From positions 3,734 through 67,733 of the forward strand of contig CADATO010000007.1 of the NCBI GenBank assembly GCA_902790905.1: a DNA stretch of 64,000 bases, given 5' to 3'. Made by a program: the position numbers and the translations under genes. This DNA comes from an uncultured Eubacteriales bacterium (GTDB lineage: Bacteria > Bacillota > Clostridia > Peptostreptococcales > Anaerovoracaceae). This document shows, in pieces, positions 7,896-18,145 of the stretch (positions are counted from its first letter, which is position 1; the number at the start of each line of letters is the position of its first letter). Under the pieces are notes generated by a model. It ran no database searches. It was not told the DNA's origin and saw only the letters and a program-made list of their open reading frames with translations.

Positions 7896-10289
7896 ATGTT
7901 AAGAAAGAATGACAGCGGCGCCAGAGCGGTCCGCCGTGACCCGCTGAAGAAGCGGATCTGGCGCGACATCCGCCGCGACTGGGGGAAGTATCTGGCGATC
8001 TTCCTGTTCCTGACGGTCTTTATCGGCTTTGAGTCCGGCTACATCATCGCGGACACCAGCATGCAGATCGCGTACCACGACGGCATGACAAACTGCCACG
8101 TAGAGAGCGGTCACTTTGTGATGCAGGAGGAAGCTAACGAGGACCTGTTGGATAAGATCGAGCGGGAAGAGGTGGCCGTTTCAGAACAGTTCTATCTGGA
8201 CAAAGCATCCAACGGAACCGACACGATCCGTATCTACAAGATGCGCGAAGAGGGCGGCGTGAACGAGGCGTGCCTGCTGGACGGGGCGTTTCCGGAAGCA
8301 GACGATGAGATCGCGATCGACCGGCTGTATGCGGAGAACAACGGCATCGGCATCGGCGATGAGATCAGAGCCGGCGGCAGCACCCTGACCGTGTGCGGGC
8401 TGGTCGCATTGCCGGACTACAGCTGCCTGTACAAGAACAACTCCGATATGATGTTCAACGCCAACCATTTCTCGGTCGGGCTGGTCACGGAGGAGGGATT
8501 TGACGGGCTCGGCACCGGCGGCCTTTCGTACTGCTATGTCTGGTACAACGACGACCGGTCGCTCGACCTGAAGGAACGCAACGAAAAGGCAGAGGACATC
8601 AAGGACGTGATCGTGCGTGACATCGGCAGAACGGGCAACATGCTCGACGATTTCGTGCAGAACGACGACAACAACGCGATCCAGTTCGCGGGAGACGACA
8701 TGAGCGATGACAAAGCGATGTTCTCGGCGATGCTGTATATCATCGTGCTGGTGCTGGCGTTCATCATGGCGATGCTTGCGAAGAGCACGCTGGAACAGGA
8801 ATCGCAGGCGATCGGCACGCTTCGCGCTTCCGGGTACACCCGCAGCGAGCTTGTCCGCCACTACATGACGGCGCCGCTGATCGTCTCTCTGATTGCTGCC
8901 CTGCTCGGCAATGTTCTGGGCTACACCGCGATGAAATGGGTCGTCGTGCGCATGTACTACAACAGCTACTCACTGCCGGACTATGTAACGGTCTGGAGCG
9001 CGGAGGCGTTCATCAAGACGACGCTGGTGCCGCTCGCACTGGTTGCGCTGGTGACCTGGTTCGTGCTGCACAGAGCGCTGAAGATCCCGCCGCTGCAGTT
9101 CCTGCGCGGGGAGCTCAAACATTCCAAGAAGAACAAGGTCATGCACTTAAAGCGCGGCTCCTTCATGACCAGATACCGGGAGCGCGTGCTCTTCCAGAAC
9201 ATCCCGTCGTACATCGTGCTGGTGCTGGGCATCTCCTTTGCGGGATTGCTCCTGTACTTCGGCCTCGGCATGCAGCCGCTGATGGATCACTTTAAGGAGA
9301 ACGTCCTCACGAGCCAGATCGCAGAGTATCAGTACGTCCTTCGTGCACCGGTCGAAGTGGAGGATGAACAGGCGGAGAAATACAGCGCGGCGACGCTGGA
9401 GCAGCCGGGGTACGGCGAAGAGATCATGCTGTTCGGCATTGAAGAGGACTCGGACTATCTGACCGATGCAGAAATGCCGGATAACGGGCAGGCGAAGGAA
9501 GACGTGCGCGAGGATGGCGCTTTCGTGCCCGGCTGGGTGACGGACCGCGCGGCGGCAGAGATGGAGGACAAACCGGCCTTCAAGGTGCTCGCTTCCGAAG
9601 GATATATGGAGAAGTACCAGTGCGAGGTCGGCGACATCATCCGCCTGCAGGAAAAGTATGAAGACAGGACCTACCGCTTTGAGATCGTCGGGACGTATCA
9701 GTACGATGCGGCGCTGGCGCTCTTCCTCGACAGGGAATCGCTCAATGCCTGCTTTGGCCGCGATGCGGATGCCTTCAACGGCTACTTCTCGGACGAAGAA
9801 CTGACGGAGCTCGACGAGGATGACATCGCCACCATCGTCCGCGAGAATGACCTGACCGCGATCGCCGATCAGCTCGAGGACAGCTTTGCCGAGATCTTCC
9901 CGATGTTCACCTGGTTCGCGGTTGTGATGTATCTGCTGCTGATGTACCTCCTCGGCCGTATGGTGATCGAGCGGAATGCGAAGAACATCTCCATGCTCAA
10001 GATCCTCGGCTACAACGACCGTGAGGTGAGCCGCCTCTACAACCATGCGACCGGCATTGTGGCAGTCGGCGCCGTGATCCTGACCATCCCGCTCGTCGAG
10101 ATGATCTTCCGCGTCATCTGGCGGTACGTCATGTTCGAACTGTCCGGCTGGCTGACCTTCTACGAACCGCCGTCGTTCTATCTGAAGATGGTCTGCTTCG
10201 GCATCGTTTCCTATGCGGCTGTGTATCTGCTGCAGATGCGCAAAGTCCGCAGGATCCCGATGGGAGAAGCACTCAAGAGTATGGAATAG
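7896..10289 (+). CDS. ABC transporter permease of the FtsX/MacB type, with a duplicated architecture (two TM blocks and two large extracytoplasmic domains)
   Basis: 797 aa. It lies immediately downstream of the ATPase and has hydrophobic blocks around aa 30-50, 280-400, 435-455 and 660-790. Confidence 0.85.
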   Translation: MLRKNDSGARAVRRDPLKKRIWRDIRRDWGKYLAIFLFLTVFIGFESGYIIADTSMQIAYHDGMTNCHVESGHFVMQEEANEDLLDKIEREEVAVSEQFYLDKASNGTDTIRIYKMREEGGVNEACLLDGAFPEADDEIAIDRLYAENNGIGIGDEIRAGGSTLTVCGLVALPDYSCLYKNNSDMMFNANHFSVGLVTEEGFDGLGTGGLSYCYVWYNDDRSLDLKERNEKAEDIKDVIVRDIGRTGNMLDDFVQNDDNNAIQFAGDDMSDDKAMFSAMLYIIVLVLAFIMAMLAKSTLEQESQAIGTLRASGYTRSELVRHYMTAPLIVSLIAALLGNVLGYTAMKWVVVRMYYNSYSLPDYVTVWSAEAFIKTTLVPLALVALVTWFVLHRALKIPPLQFLRGELKHSKKNKVMHLKRGSFMTRYRERVLFQNIPSYIVLVLGISFAGLLLYFGLGMQPLMDHFKENVLTSQIAEYQYVLRAPVEVEDEQAEKYSAATLEQPGYGEEIMLFGIEEDSDYLTDAEMPDNGQAKEDVREDGAFVPGWVTDRAAAEMEDKPAFKVLASEGYMEKYQCEVGDIIRLQEKYEDRTYRFEIVGTYQYDAALALFLDRESLNACFGRDADAFNGYFSDEELTELDEDDIATIVRENDLTAIADQLEDSFAEIFPMFTWFAVVMYLLLMYLLGRMVIERNAKNISMLKILGYNDREVSRLYNHATGIVAVGAVILTIPLVEMIFRVIWRYVMFELSGWLTFYEPPSFYLKMVCFGIVSYAAVYLLQMRKVRRIPMGEALKSME

Positions 10290-10337
10290 CGATTCCGCAT
10301 CTCCTACTTGAGAAACACAAACGGATACCGTATAATG

Positions 10338-10371
10338 AAACAGGCTCGTGACCCCCATGAGTCTGTTTTTG
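10338..10371 (+). terminator. Intrinsic terminator of the ABC operon
   Basis: aaacaggctc (10338-10347) pairs with gagtctgttt (10359-10368) with one G-U pair. The stem is followed by a T-run. Confidence 0.6.
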
Positions 10372-10424
10372 TGAGAACAGCATTGCCTGCGCGGCAGTGC
10401 GTAAGATAAAAGGAGATAATTGCA

Positions 10425-11795
10425 ATGCGTTATGACGTGATGATCATCGGTGCCGGCCCCGGCGGTATCTTCTCGGCGTACGAACTGGCGGAGAAGCATC
10501 CGGAGCTTAAGATCGCGGTGTTTGAGACCGGACATACTTTGGAGAAACGCAAATGCCCCATCGACGGCAAGAAGATCAAAAGCTGCATCAACTGCCCGAC
10601 CTGTGCGATCATGAACGGGTTTGGCGGTGCGGGCGCTTTCTCGGACGGCAAATACAACATCACCAACGACTTCGGCGGCACCCTCTACGAGTACATCGGC
10701 AGGGACAAGGCCATCGAGCTGATGGAATACGTCGATGACATCAACTGCAAGTACGGCGGTGCGAGCACGAAGATGTACAGCACGGCAGGGACTTCCTTCA
10801 AGAAGATCTGCATGCAGAACAAGCTGACCCTGCTCGACGCCTCGGTGCGCCACCTGGGCACGGACATCAACTACATCGTGCTGGGCAACCTCTACAACGA
10901 ACTGAAGGACAAGGTGGACTTTTACTTTGATACGCCGGTCGACCGCATCGACAAGCTGGAAGACGGCTACTGCGTGCGCTGTGCGAAGGGGCTCTTTGAA
11001 GGCAAATACTGCATCATCTCCGTCGGCCGCAGCGGCAGCAAGTGGATGGAGCATGTCTGCGAGGACCTGGGCATCGAGACCAGTTCCAACCGCGTCGACC
11101 TCGGCGTGCGCGTGGAGATCCCGGCGGTCATTTTCGACGACATCACGGACGAACTCTACGAGAGCAAAATCGTCTACCGCACGGAGAAGTTTGAGGACAA
11201 CGTCCGTACCTTCTGCATGAACCCGCACGGCATCGTCGTCAACGAGAACACCAACGGCATCGTCACGGTCAACGGGCACAGTTTTGAGGATGAGAGCCGC
11301 AAGACGGACAACACCAACTTCGCGCTGCTCGTCTCCAAGCACTTCTCGCTGCCGTTCAAAGACAGCAACGGCTACGGCGAGAGCATCGCGCGCCTGTCCA
11401 ACATGCTGGGCGGCGGTGTCATCGTGCAGCGGTTCGGCGACCTCGAGCGCGGCCGCAGAAGTACCGAAAAGCGCATTCTCGAGTGCACGGTCCAGCCGAC
11501 ACTGGCGGCGACCCCGGGCGATCTCAGTCTGGTCCTGCCCAAGCGCATCCTCGACGGCATCATCGAGATGATCTACGCCCTCGACAAGATCGCGCCGGGC
11601 GTGGCGAACGACGATACGCTCCTGTACGGCGTGGAAGTCAAGTTCTACAACATGGAAGTCAAGCTCGACGAGAACCTGATGACCAAGCACGAAGGTCTGT
11701 ACGTCATCGGCGACGGCAGCGGCGTCACACACTCGCTGTCCCATGCATCCGCCAGCGGTGTCTACGTGGCGCAGCATATCGCGGCATCGCTGTAA
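10425..11795 (+). CDS. FAD-dependent dehydrogenase family protein (COG2509-like)
   Basis: 456 aa with an N-terminal dinucleotide fold YDVMIIGAGPGGIF and a C-terminal GLYVIGDGSG motif. Confidence 0.7.
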   Translation: MRYDVMIIGAGPGGIFSAYELAEKHPELKIAVFETGHTLEKRKCPIDGKKIKSCINCPTCAIMNGFGGAGAFSDGKYNITNDFGGTLYEYIGRDKAIELMEYVDDINCKYGGASTKMYSTAGTSFKKICMQNKLTLLDASVRHLGTDINYIVLGNLYNELKDKVDFYFDTPVDRIDKLEDGYCVRCAKGLFEGKYCIISVGRSGSKWMEHVCEDLGIETSSNRVDLGVRVEIPAVIFDDITDELYESKIVYRTEKFEDNVRTFCMNPHGIVVNENTNGIVTVNGHSFEDESRKTDNTNFALLVSKHFSLPFKDSNGYGESIARLSNMLGGGVIVQRFGDLERGRRSTEKRILECTVQPTLAATPGDLSLVLPKRILDGIIEMIYALDKIAPGVANDDTLLYGVEVKFYNMEVKLDENLMTKHEGLYVIGDGSGVTHSLSHASASGVYVAQHIAASL

Positions 11796-11816
11796 ACAGC
11801 TGATCGAAAAGAGTAT

Positions 11817-11854
11817 CAAAAGAGCCGCTCGTTTTCGGAACGGGCGGCTTTTTA
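11817..11854. terminator. Bidirectional terminator between convergent genes
   Basis: 9-bp stem agccgctcg (11823-11831) pairs with cgggcggct (11841-11849). A-rich and T-rich runs flank it. Confidence 0.7.
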
Positions 11855-11877
11855 GTCCTGTCTGTTTTGCATCCATA

Positions 11878-13059
11878 CTATGCGGTGATGACGCGCGCGC
11901 TGATGATGCCGTCGATCGATTCGAGCTGCTGGCACTGTTCCTCTGTGACGATATCGTCGAGGTCCATCATCGTGCATGCATAGGCGCCCTTGCTCTTGTT
12001 GGTCATGTCGCGGATGTTGATGTTGAACATGGAGAATGCGGTGGTGACCTGTGCGATCATTGAGGGCAGGTTGCGGTTGAGGATCACGATCCTGCAGGCG
12101 GCTTCCGGATTGAGTTTGCCCATCGAGATGGACGGGAAGTTGACACTGTTGGTGATGTTGCCGTTTTCCAGGAAGTCGACGAGCTGGTCGCCCGCCATGA
12201 CGGCGCAGTTGTCCTCCGCTTCCGACGTGCTGGCCCCGAGGTGCGGGATGGAGATGACGTTCTCCATGCTGAGCAGCCGGTCTGTCGCAAAGTCGGTGAC
12301 GTATTTGCGGATGTGGCCTTCCGCGAGTGCTTCACACAGCGCATCTTCGCTGACCAGCGTGTTGCGTGCGAAGTTCAGGAACACGCAGCCGTCTTTCATC
12401 TGGTCGATACGGCGGCTGTCGATCATGCCCTTGGTGCTGTCGTTGACCGGCACATGGATGGTCACGTAATCGCTCTTGTTGAGCAGAATGGACAGATCCT
12501 TGATCACCGGAATGGTGTTGGAAAGCGCATGGGCAGCGGTCAGGGTGATGTAGGGGTCATACCCCATGACATTCATGCCGAGCTGCTGCGCTGCATTCGC
12601 GACGAGAACGCCGATCGCGCCGAGGCCGATGACGCCAAGCGTCTTGCCTTTGATCTCGGTGCCCGCAAACTGACCCTTGCCTTTTTCGACGGCCTTGAGC
12701 ACATCTTTCACGTCGTTGTCGTCTGCCAGCGAGGCTTCCCAACGCATGGCATCCAGCAGGTTGCGGGAGCTCATCAGCATGGCACCGATGACGAGTTCCT
12801 TGACGGCGTTCGCGTTCGCGCCGGGCGTGTTGAAGACAACGATGCCTTCCTCCGCGCAGCGGTCGAGCGGGATATTGTTGACGCCGGCGCCGGCTCTGGC
12901 GATGGCGATCAGTTTTTCCGGGAATTCCATGCTGTGCAGGTCCGCACTGCGGACGATGACGGCGCTGGCTTCATTGATATCTTCAACGATCGTATAGTCA
13001 TCGGGCAGATTCTGCAGGCCCGCCTTCGAGATCTTGTTGAGCGTTGCGATCTTTCTCAT
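11878..13059 (-). CDS. serA: D-3-phosphoglycerate dehydrogenase with a C-terminal ACT domain
   Basis: 393 aa. NAD-binding motif GVIGLGAIG, 2-hydroxyacid dehydrogenase catalytic region, and an ACT-like tail (RIVILNRNLPSMIAQVT). Confidence 0.85.
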   Translation of the reverse strand: MRKIATLNKISKAGLQNLPDDYTIVEDINEASAVIVRSADLHSMEFPEKLIAIARAGAGVNNIPLDRCAEEGIVVFNTPGANANAVKELVIGAMLMSSRNLLDAMRWEASLADDNDVKDVLKAVEKGKGQFAGTEIKGKTLGVIGLGAIGVLVANAAQQLGMNVMGYDPYITLTAAHALSNTIPVIKDLSILLNKSDYVTIHVPVNDSTKGMIDSRRIDQMKDGCVFLNFARNTLVSEDALCEALAEGHIRKYVTDFATDRLLSMENVISIPHLGASTSEAEDNCAVMAGDQLVDFLENGNITNSVNFPSISMGKLNPEAACRIVILNRNLPSMIAQVTTAFSMFNINIRDMTNKSKGAYACTMMDLDDIVTEEQCQQLESIDGIISARVITA

Positions 13060-13254
13060 TGGGTGTTGATCCTTTCTTTCTTACTGTGTGTCATTCCAGC
13101 CGCATACCGAAGGGCTGAAACCGTTGAAACCCTTGCGATTACCGCACATTATATCACTTTACCCAGTTAGCGTAAAGTGGTATAATATTCAACGTTATAC
13201 ATATTAGGAAAGACGGTTGAATAAGCTGTAGCTGCCCCGAATAGGAGTCGGTTA

Positions 13255-14622
13255 TTGGAAAGGTGCAAGAAAACTGCAAAGCATCATAGTATCACCGCTG
13301 CATTGCTTGCGGTTCTGCTGATGCTCCTGTCTGGAATGCAGACAGGGGTTGTTTTTGCGGCGTCTGAACCGCCTTCCACGCAGTGCGATGCGGTCTACAT
13401 GTATGATCAGAATACCGGAGAAGTCCTGTATGAAAAAAATGCGGACAAGACCATGACACCGGCCAGCACAACGAAGATCATGACGGCGGCGCTCGTGCTG
13501 GAGAATGTGGATGATCTGGATGCCGTTGTCACGGTGCCAGGTGAGGCGGTTTTCTGGATTGGCAGCCATATGGCCTTAAAGACAGGCGAGCAGCTTACCG
13601 TCAGGCAGCTGCTGAGTGCCTTGATGGTCTGTTCGGCGAATGATGCGGCACGTGTTTTGGCCATCTATGTAGCCGGAAGTCAGGATGCCTTTGTGGATAT
13701 GATGAATGCGAAGGCACAGGAGATCGGCGCTTACCATACCCACTACCTCAACCCGAACGGCTATACAGAAAGCTGGGATCACTGTACGACGGCGAGAGAT
13801 CTGGGGATCATTGTGGACTATGCGTTCACAGTGGATGGCTTTGCCGATCTGGTGAGCCTGCCGTCTGTATCGATCCCCGCGACCAATAAAAGTGAAGCGA
13901 GATACTATAGAAATACCAACCTGCTGCTCTGGGATACGCGGCCGTCTCTGACGATGTACGACGGCTCTGCCCGTGCGCCAAAGTACGACGGGGCATTCGG
14001 CGTGAAGACCGGTATGATGGGAAGAGCGGGACACTGCCTGGTCGCAGGTGCCGAACGGGACGGCACGCGGCTGATCGTGGTCTGCCTGAAGGGAAGCAAT
14101 GGGGACGACCGTTTTGAAGACAGTATTGCACTGTTTGACTGGGCCTTTGCCAACTACGAGACCCGTCAGCTGGTGCAGCCAGGTATGGAGTGCGGCACGG
14201 TGAAAGTAAGAGGCGGCGACCCGATGGAGGTGCAGGCTTACTGCGAGGACGGTGTTGCGGTGACAAGGGATCTGTCGATCGAAGGCTCCAACCAGTTTGA
14301 GATCGTCCCGTACACGACTGTGGAAGCGCCTTTGAAAGCCGGCGACAAGGTCGGCTATATCCGTTATACTGCGACAAATGGTGAACAGGCGAAGGTGCCG
14401 CTGACAGTCCGGGAGGATGTTCCGGAAGGCGGATTCTGGACAAAGTACTTCATCACGAACGAGGAATTCCGTACGATCGCTGTGATAGCCGCTTTGTGCG
14501 CCGTGGTCATTGTGCTGCTGGGAGTTGTGCTCGTGCGCAGCGTAAGAAAGAAGACCAGAGCAAAGCGTCAGTCCGCAGCACAGAAAGAAACAACAGATGA
14601 GAATACAGGCAATGCAGAATAA
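13255..14622 (+). CDS. Serine-type D-Ala-D-Ala carboxypeptidase (PBP5/DacB-like), copy 1, TTG start
   Basis: Signal peptide, SxxK motif ASTTKIMT, SxN motif CSANDAA, KTG motif (VKTGMM), C-terminal TM and a charged tail. AGGAG lies 7 nt upstream of the TTG. Confidence 0.85.
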   Translation: MERCKKTAKHHSITAALLAVLLMLLSGMQTGVVFAASEPPSTQCDAVYMYDQNTGEVLYEKNADKTMTPASTTKIMTAALVLENVDDLDAVVTVPGEAVFWIGSHMALKTGEQLTVRQLLSALMVCSANDAARVLAIYVAGSQDAFVDMMNAKAQEIGAYHTHYLNPNGYTESWDHCTTARDLGIIVDYAFTVDGFADLVSLPSVSIPATNKSEARYYRNTNLLLWDTRPSLTMYDGSARAPKYDGAFGVKTGMMGRAGHCLVAGAERDGTRLIVVCLKGSNGDDRFEDSIALFDWAFANYETRQLVQPGMECGTVKVRGGDPMEVQAYCEDGVAVTRDLSIEGSNQFEIVPYTTVEAPLKAGDKVGYIRYTATNGEQAKVPLTVREDVPEGGFWTKYFITNEEFRTIAVIAALCAVVIVLLGVVLVRSVRKKTRAKRQSAAQKETTDENTGNAE

Positions 14623-16015
14623 AAGGGCACGGCGATTACTCGCCGCGGTCGTGACAGTCCTGCTGGCAGTCATGCTCGCAGGCATGCAGACAGTTGCATC
14701 GTTTGCGGCATCCGCGCCGCCGGAAACACAATGCGACGGAGTCTTGCTGTACGACCAGAAGACCGGCGAAGTGCTGTATGAGAAGAATGCGGATGAGCCG
14801 ATGACACCCGCCAGCATCACCAAGATCATGACGGCGGTCCTTGTGCTGGAGAATGTTGAGAACCTCGATGAAGAGGTGACGATCACGGAAGAGATGCTCT
14901 TCCCGCTCGGCAACAACATGGATCTGCAGGTGGGGGAAGTGCTGACGGTGCGGCAGCTGCTGAACGTGCTGCTCGTCTACTCCGCCAATGATGCCGCAGT
15001 CGCACTGGCCGTTCATGTAGGCGGCAGCGAGCAGGCGTTTGTCGACATGATGAATGCCAAGGCGGCGGAGATCGGCGCGGAGCATACGCACTATCTCTGC
15101 CCGAACGGGTTCTCGGAGAGCTGGGACCATGTCACGACCCCGCGGGATCTCAAGATCATCGCGGATTATGCGTGCGGCGTGGAAGGTTTTACGGACATCA
15201 CGTCGCAGTCTTCCGTCAAGGTGCCCGCGACCAACAAGCATGAAGCGCGGGAATACAAAAGCACGAATCAGCTCCTCTATGATGATGAGACGACCATCTA
15301 TGTGAACGGCGAGGAGCGCACGCCGAAATACGACGGCGTCTTCGGCATCAAGACCGGCATGATGGGCAATGCCGGGTACTGCCTGGTGGCGGGATGCGAG
15401 CGGGACGGCATGCGTCTGGTTGCTGTCTGCCTGCGCGGCGACGGCGAACTGGACCGCTTTGAGGACAGCATCGCGCTGTTCGACTGGGCCTACGCCAACT
15501 ATGAGACCGTGCAGCTTGTCGAGCCCGGTATGAAGTGCGGCAAGGTGAAGGTCCGCGGCGGCCACAAGGTGAAGATGAATGCCTACTGCGAGGAAGGTGT
15601 TCTCGTGACGCGGGACATCAGCGGCGGTGCAGCCGGCGCTGACGGGACTGCGGAAGATGGCGGCAATGAAGAGGATTACGAGATCGTTCTGTATGAGGAT
15701 GTGGAAGCGCCTCTCGCGGCGGGCGATCAGGTCGGCTATATTTCCTATGTAAAAGCTGACGGTACGGAAGCGCAGGCGCCGGTGGTGGTCCGTGAGGACG
15801 ACCGGGAAGGCGGTCCCTGGACGAAGATCTACATCAGTGATTTCCACTTCTGGGCGGGCGTGATCATGGTCGCGATCGTGGCGGTGCCGCTGCTGCTCGG
15901 CAGCCTCGCGCGCCGCAAAAAAGGTAGACGCGGACAGACCCGCAGCCAGCGCTATGCACAGACAAGCAGTGCCGGCGGCCGCCGCAGAACCCAGAAGAAG
16001 CGGCGCCGGAGATAA
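14597..16015 (+). CDS. Serine-type D-Ala-D-Ala carboxypeptidase (PBP5/DacB-like), copy 2, tandem paralog
   Basis: It has the same motif set (ASITKIMT, YSANDAA, IKTGMM), a C-terminal TM and a very basic tail. Its start overlaps the end of copy 1. Confidence 0.85.
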   Translation: MRIQAMQNKRARRLLAAVVTVLLAVMLAGMQTVASFAASAPPETQCDGVLLYDQKTGEVLYEKNADEPMTPASITKIMTAVLVLENVENLDEEVTITEEMLFPLGNNMDLQVGEVLTVRQLLNVLLVYSANDAAVALAVHVGGSEQAFVDMMNAKAAEIGAEHTHYLCPNGFSESWDHVTTPRDLKIIADYACGVEGFTDITSQSSVKVPATNKHEAREYKSTNQLLYDDETTIYVNGEERTPKYDGVFGIKTGMMGNAGYCLVAGCERDGMRLVAVCLRGDGELDRFEDSIALFDWAYANYETVQLVEPGMKCGKVKVRGGHKVKMNAYCEEGVLVTRDISGGAAGADGTAEDGGNEEDYEIVLYEDVEAPLAAGDQVGYISYVKADGTEAQAPVVVREDDREGGPWTKIYISDFHFWAGVIMVAIVAVPLLLGSLARRKKGRRGQTRSQRYAQTSSAGGRRRTQKKRRRR

Positions 16016-16066
16016 GGCGGCGCAGGCGCTGCATGCACAGAGCGATTCCATGAAAGGGAACACGCG

Positions 16067-18145
16067 TTGAAAAAAGACAGCAATCCTGGAGTGAAATACA
16101 GAGAACCGGAAGAGGCGCAGGCCATGGCCGACGAACGGCTGCCAGGGCGGGAAGACCTGCCGCGCCACATCCGTGAGAACCTGAAAAAACTGCCCGACAA
16201 ACCCGGCGTCTACCTGCACCGGGACAAGATGGGCACCATTATTTACGTGGGCAAGGCGATCTCGCTGAAGAACCGGGTGCGCCAGTATTTTCAGTCCAAG
16301 AAGAACATGGATGCCAAGGTGCGCGCCATGGTGGGGCACATCGCGGACTTTGAGTACATCGTCTGCGGCAGCGAGATGGAGGCGTTCATCCTCGAGAACA
16401 ACCTCATCAAGCAGCACCAGCCGAAGTACAACATCCTGCTGCGGGACGACAAGACCTACCCGTACGTGAAGATCACCACCAACGAAGAGTGGCCGCGGCT
16501 ACTGAAGACGAGGCTCGTGGGCAAGGACAAGGCGAAGTACTTCGGGCCGTACTCGGACGTCGGGGCGGTCAACGATGTGATCCGTCTGCTGAACGATGTG
16601 TTCGTGCTGAAAAGGTGCGCGACGCCGTCGTTCAAGCCGGGGGCAAAGCCGTGCCTCAACTACCACATCGGCAAGTGCGAGGGCATCTGCCTGGGCAATG
16701 TGGACCACGATGCGTACATGGAGCGCGTCGAAAAGGCGGCGGCGTACTTCTCCGGCAAGGACCGTTCGGTGGAGCATTATCTGAAGAAGCTCATGCTCGA
16801 GGCCTCGGAATCGCTTGATTTTGAGACGGCGGCCAAGTACCGCGACCGCCTGCTCGCCGCACAGGCGCTGCGGGAGGGACAGCGCGTCACACTGAAGCAG
16901 GACGTCGACCTCGATGCGGTCCTGACGGTCGGCCCTTCGCACATGGCGGTCTTCTTCGTGCGCGACGGCAAACTGTCCGGCCGCGAAGTCTTTGATATCC
17001 AGGCGGAGGATGCAGACAGCGCAGGTGAACGCACGGGCGCCTTTATCCAGCAGTACTACGGCGCGATGACGGACGGCCCGGCGGAGATCCTGGTTGCGGA
17101 CATGCCGGAGGACGCGGCGCTGATCGAGGCATTCCTGTCCGAGACGTGGCACCGCAAAGTGCACCTGCTCAAGCCCGAGCGCGGGGAGAAGCGGGCGCTG
17201 CTGGCACTGGCCACAGGCAACCGTGATGCGATGCTCCGTAACATGGAGGGACGCGACGAACGCAACCGCAAGAAGGAAGACCGTCTGAAGGGCAGGCTGG
17301 TCGCCCTCTTTCAGGATATGGATACCCAGCCGGACTGGATGCGCATGCCGGAGGCGGAAACGCTGGCGGAAGACAGTGTGCCAACGCCGCCGGACAGGCT
17401 GTTCCGGGTCGAGGCGTACGATATCTCCAACACCAACGGCATCGATACCGTGGCGGCGATGGTCGTCTTCCGCGGGCTCAAGCCGGACCGCAGGGCGTAC
17501 CGGAAGTTCAAGATCCGCACGGATATGCCGGGCGATGACTACGCGGCGATGCAGGAGGTGCTGTACCGGCGCTTCAAGCGTGCGCTGGCGGGCGACCCCG
17601 GCTTTAAGGAACTGCCCGATCTGCTCGTGATCGACGGCGGCAAGGGCCACCTGCATGCGGCACGGCAGATCCTGGCGGCGCTCCAGCTGGAGATTCCGGC
17701 GGTCGGCGCAGTCAAGGACGACCACCACAGAACGCGCGGGCTTGTCTACGTGCCGCAGCGGACCGCGGGAAAGACCGCATCCGGCGCGGAAATCGATGGC
17801 AGCGCTTCCGTGGTACGGGAGGCGGCCACCGACCCGCTTGCGAATACAAAAGAAATCGATCTGCGGCAGGAACCTTTCCTGTTCAGTTATATCGGCACCA
17901 TGCAGGAGGAAGTGCACCGGTTCGTCATCGAGTACCACCGGAAGATCCGCGACACCAAGTCGCTGGTGTCGGTATTGGATGAGATCCCGGGCATCGGGCC
18001 GAAAAAACGCACCGCCCTGCTGCGGCAGTTCGGCAGCGTCGAGGCGGTGAAGGGCGCTTCCGAGGAAGAACTGCAGGAAACGCCGGGTATCACAAAAGCC
18101 AATGCGACGGCAATCCGGAACTTCTTTACCGGACGCGCTCATTAG
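16067..18145 (+). CDS. uvrC: Excinuclease ABC subunit C. The start is either TTG at 16067 or ATG at 16124.
   Basis: GIY-YIG N-terminus (LPDKPGVYLHRDKMGTIIYVGKA...NRVRQYF), a UVR domain, an endonuclease domain and a C-terminal (HhH)2 region (IPGIGPKKRTALLRQFGS). Confidence 0.9.
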   Translation: MKKDSNPGVKYREPEEAQAMADERLPGREDLPRHIRENLKKLPDKPGVYLHRDKMGTIIYVGKAISLKNRVRQYFQSKKNMDAKVRAMVGHIADFEYIVCGSEMEAFILENNLIKQHQPKYNILLRDDKTYPYVKITTNEEWPRLLKTRLVGKDKAKYFGPYSDVGAVNDVIRLLNDVFVLKRCATPSFKPGAKPCLNYHIGKCEGICLGNVDHDAYMERVEKAAAYFSGKDRSVEHYLKKLMLEASESLDFETAAKYRDRLLAAQALREGQRVTLKQDVDLDAVLTVGPSHMAVFFVRDGKLSGREVFDIQAEDADSAGERTGAFIQQYYGAMTDGPAEILVADMPEDAALIEAFLSETWHRKVHLLKPERGEKRALLALATGNRDAMLRNMEGRDERNRKKEDRLKGRLVALFQDMDTQPDWMRMPEAETLAEDSVPTPPDRLFRVEAYDISNTNGIDTVAAMVVFRGLKPDRRAYRKFKIRTDMPGDDYAAMQEVLYRRFKRALAGDPGFKELPDLLVIDGGKGHLHAARQILAALQLEIPAVGAVKDDHHRTRGLVYVPQRTAGKTASGAEIDGSASVVREAATDPLANTKEIDLRQEPFLFSYIGTMQEEVHRFVIEYHRKIRDTKSLVSVLDEIPGIGPKKRTALLRQFGSVEAVKGASEEELQETPGITKANATAIRNFFTGRAH

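Noticed and set aside
7182-10289. BceAB-type antimicrobial-peptide resistance module linked to the two-component system at 56381-58553.
   Set aside because: The permease has a duplicated MacB/FtsX layout rather than the BceB 10-TM layout with a single large loop. No kinase or regulator is adjacent, and the TCS is 46 kb away with no evident link.
10308-10371. A promoter-like TTGAGA-N17-TATAAT followed at once by a terminator hairpin, considered as a possible attenuator/leader for the FAD-dependent dehydrogenase gene.
   Set aside because: The left arm of the hairpin starts before the predicted transcription start. The structure is better explained as the terminator of the upstream ABC operon overlapping the next promoter.
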